NCBI GenBank assembly: GCA_035495615.1
Contig: DATJFP010000097.1
Span: 4,495-68,494 of the forward strand
Source of the DNA: Verrucomicrobiia bacterium
Lineage (GTDB): Bacteria > Omnitrophota > Omnitrophia > Omnitrophales > Aquincolibacteriaceae
Length of the DNA stretch: 64,000 bases
Direction of reading: 5' to 3'
The notes below the pieces were generated by a model. It made no database searches, was not told the DNA's origin, and worked only from the letters and a program-made list of their open reading frames with translations. The position numbers and the translations under genes were made by a program. Of this stretch, positions 63,944-64,000 are shown piece after piece; the stretch's first letter is position 1; each line of letters starts with the position of its first letter.

Positions 63944-64000
63944 TCTGGAATTAGACGCCGAAACGGAAGACGAAGTCGAAAGGACCGGCGATTGGGATGC

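Noticed and set aside
63011-63954. Plus-strand acidic (Asp/Glu/Cys-rich) ORFs 62916..63179, 63483..63881 and 63604..63954
   Set aside because: They break into several short frames, whereas the minus strand keeps one uninterrupted Ser-rich frame of over 930 nt. I treat them as mirror images of that gene, though strand choice stays tentative.
1-64000. Search for tRNA/rRNA, CRISPR arrays, transposase/integrase genes and prophage signatures
   Set aside because: Intergenic regions are short, and the longer ones (19363-19653, 26449-26760) show no cloverleaf-like structure. I found no direct-repeat/spacer arrays and no ORF with transposase or integrase motifs. The only repeats are the three GGGGACAGGTCT palindromes.

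Overview
This is a high-GC bacterial chromosomal window of about 64 kb. It is densely coding on both strands. From the sequence and the ORF track I found no rRNA, tRNA, CRISPR array, transposase or integrase. Because GC is so high, almost every real gene is shadowed by a long spurious antisense or alternate-frame ORF; I list those as rejected. Gene order, roughly: housekeeping genes (YbeD-like, PQQ-type sugar dehydrogenase, YihY/BrkB, RlmD, HIT, a GGDEF diguanylate cyclase); four tandem, translationally coupled paralogous membrane proteins of ~570 aa that look like GT-C-fold (ArnT/PMT-like) glycosyltransferases; an alpha-glucan cluster (glycogen phosphorylase, a DUF4912 protein, two GH57 enzymes); CdaA with an extra C-terminal domain; and a YceI gene followed by what I read as a bufferin-like RiPP locus (a Cys-rich secreted precursor plus a fused DUF692/MNIO-DUF2063 enzyme). 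Then comes a ~21 kb glycosylation island: two YfhO-like proteins, another GT-C protein, a methyltransferase, three DPM1/ArnC-like GT2 paralogs, and a nucleotide-sugar pathway (HddA-like GHMP kinase, HddC-like nucleotidyltransferase, GMD-like dehydratase, several SDR epimerase/reductases including a two-domain fusion, an FkbM methyltransferase, and a split E1alpha/E1beta thiamine-diphosphate enzyme with a DegT aminotransferase inserted between the halves). After that: a Rieske protein, LhgO, a LacI-like protein without an HTH, a thermonuclease, a 7TM-PAS sensor, PAP2, Maf, a pilin, BolA/Grx4, PilT, a metallophosphoesterase, a TadG-like vWA protein, and a long Ser-rich repeat protein that runs off the window edge. 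A three-copy GGGGACAGGTCT palindromic intergenic repeat family lies inside the sugar island. All functional calls come from motif recognition by eye, without database searches.
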